From positions 170,564,001 through 170,628,000 of the forward strand of contig CM059425.1 of the NCBI GenBank assembly GCA_030390025.1: 64,000 nt of DNA, given 5' to 3'. The stretch comes from Squalus acanthias. Lineage: Eukaryota. The position numbers were made by a program, and so were the translations under genes. The notes under the pieces were generated by a model. The model had not been told where the DNA came from. It ran no database searches and saw only the letters and a list, made by a program, of their open reading frames with translations. Positions 58,372-64,000 of this stretch are shown piece after piece; the stretch's first letter is position 1; every line of letters starts with the position of its first letter.

Positions 58372-59617
58372 GTAAGTCTGGCCATGATGAGGCCATCCCT
58401 GGCCTCCAGGGCAGCAATATCCTCGGGTGCTGGTGGGATCTGGACCACAGGTTCCTCCTGCTCCTTCTCCTCCTTGTCTTCCAGCTGATGCTCTTCCACC
58501 TCTTCCTCCTCCTCTGTAGAGGCTGTGCACTCAGCCTTGCTCCTCGTGCAGTGCTAATCCTTGCTCCTGCGCTATGTTGTGCAGGGCGCAGCAGACTACG
58601 ACGTTTCTGGAGACCCTGGCTGGTGTGTACTGAAGGACTCCTCCAGACCTGTCAAGGCATCTGAAGCGCATTTTCAGCATGCCTATTGTCTGCTCTATGA
58701 CACATCTGGTGGAAATGTGGCTTTCATTATATCCCTCCTCAGCCTCAGTACTTGGTCTCCTCATGGGTGTCATGAGCCACATCTTCAGTGGATAGCCCTT
58801 GTCTCCAAGCAGCCAGCTGGTAAGTCTGTTTGGAAGTGTGAAGAACTGAGGGAGGGTAGACTGGCACAGGACAAAAGAGTCATGGCAGCTGCCAAAGAAT
58901 TTGGCGCACACATGCATGATGATCTTCCTATGGTTGGAGATGAGCTGCACATTGAGGGAGTGGAAGCCTTTGTGGTTGACAAAGACTCCTGGGTGATGTG
59001 GGGGGTGCCCTGATGGCCACATGTGTGCAGTCGATGACGCCCTGGACCCGTGGGAAGCCAGCCAGAGCGGCAAAGCCCAGTGCCCACTCAGTAACACTGG
59101 CTTCATCAGTGGCAAAGTTGATATAATTGGCTGACTTGTCAAACAGGGCATTGGTGACCTATGTGATGCATCTGTGGGTGGCCGACTGAGAGATGCCACA
59201 AATGTCTGCTGCGGATCCCTGGAAGGAGCCTAAGGCGAAGAAGTTGAGAGCGCTGGTGACTTTGACAGCCACTGGTAAGGCATGGCCACCCGCTCCTCTG
59301 GGCTGCAGGTCTTCCTCCAACAATCTGCAAATGTCTGCGATGACCTGGCGCGATAGCCTGAGCCTCCTTTGGCACTGGTGCTCAGTCATGTTGAGGAAGC
59401 TCATCCTCTGCCTGTATAACCTGTGTTGGGCGTATCAGCTCCGACGCGGTGCAGCCCTACGCTGATGCCCTCTGTCCTGTGCAGCATCAGGTTGGTGAGG
59501 AGAAGATTGGTGGTGGTGTTGTTGTTGGTGCTGCTAGTGTGCCTGGTGCTCCTGGTGTTGGGGCTCATCGAGGCCCGATTCTGAGGACCAAGATGAGACA
59601 GTATAAATGGCACTCAT
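58368..59617 (-). pseudogene. HARBI1-like DDE transposase with stops and frameshifts
   Basis: [62 protein letters not shown]. Confidence 0.94.
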
Positions 59618-61939
59618 GCTTATGTAATAGATGGCAGGTCAAGTAGAGATCAGAGGAGCAATCTGGCAATGGTGTGATAGGTTCTACCAATGAGGTGACA
59701 GTGGATCCCGACTTTACTGAAAACACTTGCAACCTCTAGAAAGCTAAATCTGTGCTGACAATGCACTCAGCAACAGCATCTGCCTTAGGAAAGTAACCAG
59801 GTGTCAGGTGGGATTATTTATTGTGCTTTCTATGCTGTGCACTAATGAGCTGGATCAATGGCCACTGAACTTCTGCCTCAGGTTCACAGACATGGTTCTC
59901 GAGCTGCGTGATTCCCATGATCATCATGGGAAACTTGAAAGGTAGGGTTAAAAAGCCTGTTAAGGGTCTGACAAGTAGCTAATAATTATCTAAATTAGCT
60001 CGGCCGCCTCTGTCGTTCGGGTTGCTGCCGCGCTGGCAAATGCGCCCGAGGGAAAGGCGCGTGGAGGCGGGATGATGGCAGGTTCCCAACCAGTTCCAAG
60101 TTATTTCAAATTTCCCTCCCGACCCGCCTCTAATCCCACCCGCACGGGCATCAGAAAATTCCGGCCTGTCACTTTAGGCCTCCATATTATGGCCACTAAC
60201 AGGAGACTTCTGCCCTATACTTTAGCCCTTTTCCTTGGCATACTGAAACAATAAGAAGTGGGTGGCAGACAGTAAATCTGTAGATTTTCATTTTCATGTG
60301 GATGTGCTATTCAAAAACATTGATTTAGCTGCTTCAAAAAGTCTGATCACACAAGATGTAATAGCCCAACATGACTGAAAACTTTAGATGGGGAGGACTT
60401 TTTTCTCCAAAATGTAAAACAAGAAAACTAAGTAGGGTTTGCCATCAAATTGTGACAAGGGCTGAATCTAAATTGGTTTCAGTCCTAAAGGGTCTTCATC
60501 TTACCACACACAATGTCGGTGCTGACTATTACTACAGATCATTTACACTGTATATGTACATTCTCACAGAATTATAGAATTGATTTTGCTCTCAAATGCC
60601 TTCTTTTACAGCCTGAATCAAATTCATGTTGCATACTGGATGAATTAAAGCTTTTACATGCACTGATTTAATCAGTTTTGAATCCAATTGTGCATAGATC
60701 CTTAGATTTATCAGAATAATTTCAAAACCCAACGTGCATAGTGCTTTTCAAATGAGAAAATTGTTAAAATAGTCTGTCTGAATAAATTTTAGGCAACAAC
60801 TGAGTATCTGTCTAACAAACGTATGCAGTGGGAGTCCAAAAGTCTAGGAGAGATAGATTTGGTGTCTGATTCTTATCTTAAATGAGTGTAATTTGCCAAT
60901 TTTGAATTTAAAATCTACATCCAATATACAGGGAGGTACACTGAGTGACAATAATCTAGATACTGCTTAATTTAAATCAGAGGTAGTAGAGCAAATCTGA
61001 ATAAATTAAGATAAGGGAACATTTCCTTTAATTGTCTGTGGACGACTTGCTGTCTCTCCACAAATGAACTAGGATGTGCCGGTGAACCAACTGGGCTCTA
61101 AGATAATAATTGGGCTCTTCTTTACATTTGTAATGGTAGCCGGTTATTAGCAGTGCACTGTACTAAATGCTTCTGCATCAAAGACATTACCATTCTGAGT
61201 CAACTCAAGGTCTCACTTGTCTTCAATTTAATATATAACTAAACATGCCATCATTTTCATCAGTGTTTCAGAAAATGGTCTCTTTATTTTCCTGCTCTGA
61301 ATAGCACTTGTAATAAACATTTAAATAAAATAACAGGAGAGCATATTTTCTTTGTTTTCACTCAGTACTTCATTTTGCCAAATCCTTCATTCTGCAAAAG
61401 ATAAACAAAATTACTGAATAAATAACCTTGACATTCAGAAGCGTGTGAACTATTTGCTAAGAAATTCTATACATGTGTGGTTTGGAGATTAGGTCAAACC
61501 TCGAATGATTGGCAGAAAGTTGCATATATTCACATGCCATCCACCGTGTAGTCATTTACATCAGAGCATGGATGGTTTCACAAAGAGCCATACGATTGTG
61601 ACAAAGGGACAGAAAGGCAGATAATGGAGGAATTAAATTAAGATTATCAGTCTGAAAGAGAGGAATTGTGAGCCTGTTGGACTCGCTATTTCTAGAATGA
61701 ACAGCTCTATACCCAGCCTGAAGCAATGTTGCACTGCTGCTACACTCTTCCTTTTTAATATTAACAAAGTAGCACTTTTCAATACGGTTCATGTTTCTTT
61801 GATTTGGTTTCCAATTGATAGAGCATTGCAGGCAAACCTTTTGTTTACTAGGAGTTGCTTTCAAACTATTTATGGACACAGCTGGATATCAAGGTTTGTT
61901 AAAATTTTAAATAGCTCATCGTTGTTCACTTTCCACTAA

Positions 61940-62410
61940 CTTTTGTTGAATGGCCTAGCTCTAATTTTAAGATTATGCCGCCATGTTCTGCATTGACCCA
62001 CCAGTGGAAATCATTTCTTTGTATCTGCCTTATCAAATTCCTTTATCATTTTAAATATCTCAATTAGATTACCCCTCAAATCATATAAACTCAAGGGAAT
62101 ATAAGCCAAGTTTATGCAACCTATCCTCTTAATTTAGCCCTTTAAGCCCCATTCTGGTGAACCTGCACTGCACCCCCTCCAAAGTCAACATATCCTTCTT
62201 ATGATGTGGTGCTCAAAACTGAACGCAGTATTCCAGATGGGGTCTGACCAAGGCTTTGTCCAATTCAAGCATAATCTCCTCCCCTTTGTATTCCAGCCCC
62301 CTTGAGATGAAGGCCAAATTTCCATTAGACTTTTTCATTACTTTTTGTACCTGTGCCCTAGCTTTTAGTGATTTGTGTACATGGACACCCAAATCCCTTT
62401 GCTCCTTCAC
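61940..62410 (-). mobile_element. CR1 ORF2 3' fragment
   Basis: EQRDLGVHVHKSLK...ALVRPHLEYCVQF. Confidence 0.85.
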
Positions 62411-62726
62411 ATTAAGAAAATTAAGAAAACATTTTGATATATAGAATATAAAAGTGGGAAGTATTTAAGCATGCATTGGTGATGCTCCAATTGAAATTAA
62501 ATCCAGCCAATCCAAAATAGATTAAAAGGCAGCAGAGGCCAATGTGGATAATTAGGGAAAAAACGAGTAACATTAAGGATAAACAGGAAGCATTCAAAGC
62601 ATACAAGGAACCAAATAGGCAGGATTTAGTAAATTATAAAGACAAGCAAACGCTTGGAGAAAAAAAATGACAAGTCAAGAAAACAAGCGATGTAAGGCTG
62701 CGGAGAACATCTCAAATAAAAATAAT

Positions 62727-63390
62727 GGGCCCAAACACCTACAGGTCTGTCACTGATCTCACCAAAGTTTGCAGGGTCAGTAGGTTGCCCCATTTAACTA
62801 TTTCTGGCGGCTGCCCACACCACTCTGGGTCCCTACCAGTGCAGAGGGATGGATAATGCAGCACAGGAAAGCCGCGCCAGGAAGAAGTTGGTGCCACCGG
62901 CATAGAAGAATAAAAGTTATGGCCCATCAACAAATCTTCAAGGGTCCAGACCTAGCCCCTAGGCTGGACCTCCAGGTTGCTCCCATTTCTGCCAGCAGGC
63001 CAGTCAGTATGCCTTCTCCCAGTTGGAGTATATGCTGCCTGGCAGATTGCAGGCCAGTCAGTCTGCCTTCTCCCAGTTGGAGTATATGCTGCCTGGCGGA
63101 TTGCAGGCCAGTCAGTATGCCTTCTCCTAGTTGGAGTATATGCTGCCTGGCGGATTGCAGGCCAGTGATGAGGAAACTCCCAGCCTCGGAATCCTCTTCT
63201 CCTGGCCAAGCCGTCTCTGCCACAAGTGAACTTGTTTGGGCTCGGCAGAGGTGCCGCCTCAAACAATGTCCTAAGGAAGCTGGCAATGAAAAGTGGGAGC
63301 ATCCAGGTCCCAGCCTATTTCCCCAGGCTTTGCGCCACACTCCCGGTTTATGGTGTGAGTACACTGAAAGGCCCGCAGAAATTCAGGGCC
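62727..63390. mobile_element. Harbinger-type MITE containing a minisatellite
   Basis: Right end GCAGAAATTCAGGGCC (same end type as 56213); flanks AAT/AAC. Confidence 0.65.
62995..63166. repeat. 54-bp tandem repeat, about 3.2 copies
   Basis: GCAGGCCAGTCAGTATGCCTTCTCCCAGTTGGAGTATATGCTGCCTGGCAGATT at 62995, 63049 and 63103, partial at 63157. Confidence 0.95.
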
Positions 63391-64000
63391 AACATGATTT
63401 TCAAATGCATAAGTAGTAAAGAAAGTAAAAAAAAATATTGGTCCACTTAAAAAAGATAGCAGGAAGCTGAATTCCATGAACAAAGAAATAGCAGAATTAT
63501 GAAATAGTTACTTCCCATCTATGCGTACTCAGGAACAGGAAGGGAGGGTGCCTCAGTCAGACAAAAGAGTTGCAGGAACAATAGAAGAGACACTGGACAT
63601 CATGAAAATAACAAAAAATATGGTTATAAAAAAATTAGATGCTGTTAAAAAGATGAAGCATCTGGCACAGACAACTTGCACATTCATATCTTAAAGGAGA
63701 TGGGGACTGAAACTGGTAAAACTTTAACTGACATGGATATAAGTTTGCTAAATTCAGGACCGATTCCTGAGGGTTTTTAACGGCATATTGACTGCTAAAC
63801 AAACGTTATGGTCCTGAAAAACTAATTTTAATTTTGTGGAGTGTCAAATTTCTCCATTATGATAAAAATTACAATTTTTAAGAAACTTTAAAATATATAT
63901 ATATTTTTAAGTTTGTTCATGATATTTCAGGCTCTACCTTATCCCCATGTGAGAGCCCCAATCTTTGTTTTGCTCTCCATTACATTGTTAAAAAGTCTGT

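Larger units (their letters stand above)
56903..60166. mobile_element. Near-complete two-gene Harbinger transposon
   Basis: TIR GGCCGGGCTTTTCTG / CAGAAAATTCCGGCC; flanks TAT/TGT; convergent Myb and transposase genes. Confidence 0.95.
62430..63780 (+). mobile_element. Old CR1 ORF2 mid-region split by a MITE
   Basis: RPMWI...KQEAFKAY before the MITE, and FKCISSK...GTDNLHIHILKEM after it. Confidence 0.55.

Noticed and set aside
61556..61879. 107-aa minus-strand ORF
   Set aside because: No motif or splice support; plausible by chance.
62995..63166. CRISPR-like array
   Set aside because: The units are contiguous with no unique spacers, there are no cas genes, and the context is eukaryotic.

Overview
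Eukaryotic, transposon-dense intronic or intergenic DNA. The repeat mix (CR1, L2, RTE, Deu-type SINEs, Penelope, many Harbinger families) suggests a cartilaginous fish; this is inference. I found no host protein-coding exon, rRNA, true tRNA gene or CRISPR array that I can support. Recognisable content: (i) about 18 PIF/Harbinger elements, MITEs and fragments, including a near-complete copy at 56903-60166 with a spliced Myb/SANT gene convergent on a HARBI1-like DDE transposase; (ii) a full-length, young CsRn1-clade Gypsy LTR retrotransposon at 36139-40473 (tRNA-Trp PBS, CX2HX9CX3C Gag motif); (iii) two Penelope-like families carrying five minimal hammerhead-ribozyme motifs, with inverted arms, TSDs and compensatory base changes; (iv) RTE, CR1 and L2 LINE copies; (v) a CR1-group LINE that appears to start with a tRNA-like Pol III head shared with a SINE. 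Nearly all ORFs are disrupted. The best leads are the hammerhead-bearing Penelope units (including a 188-bp TSD-flanked ribozyme-only insertion), the tRNA-headed LINE, and the Harbinger deletion, intron and subterminal-motif patterns. All coordinates and alignments were read by eye.
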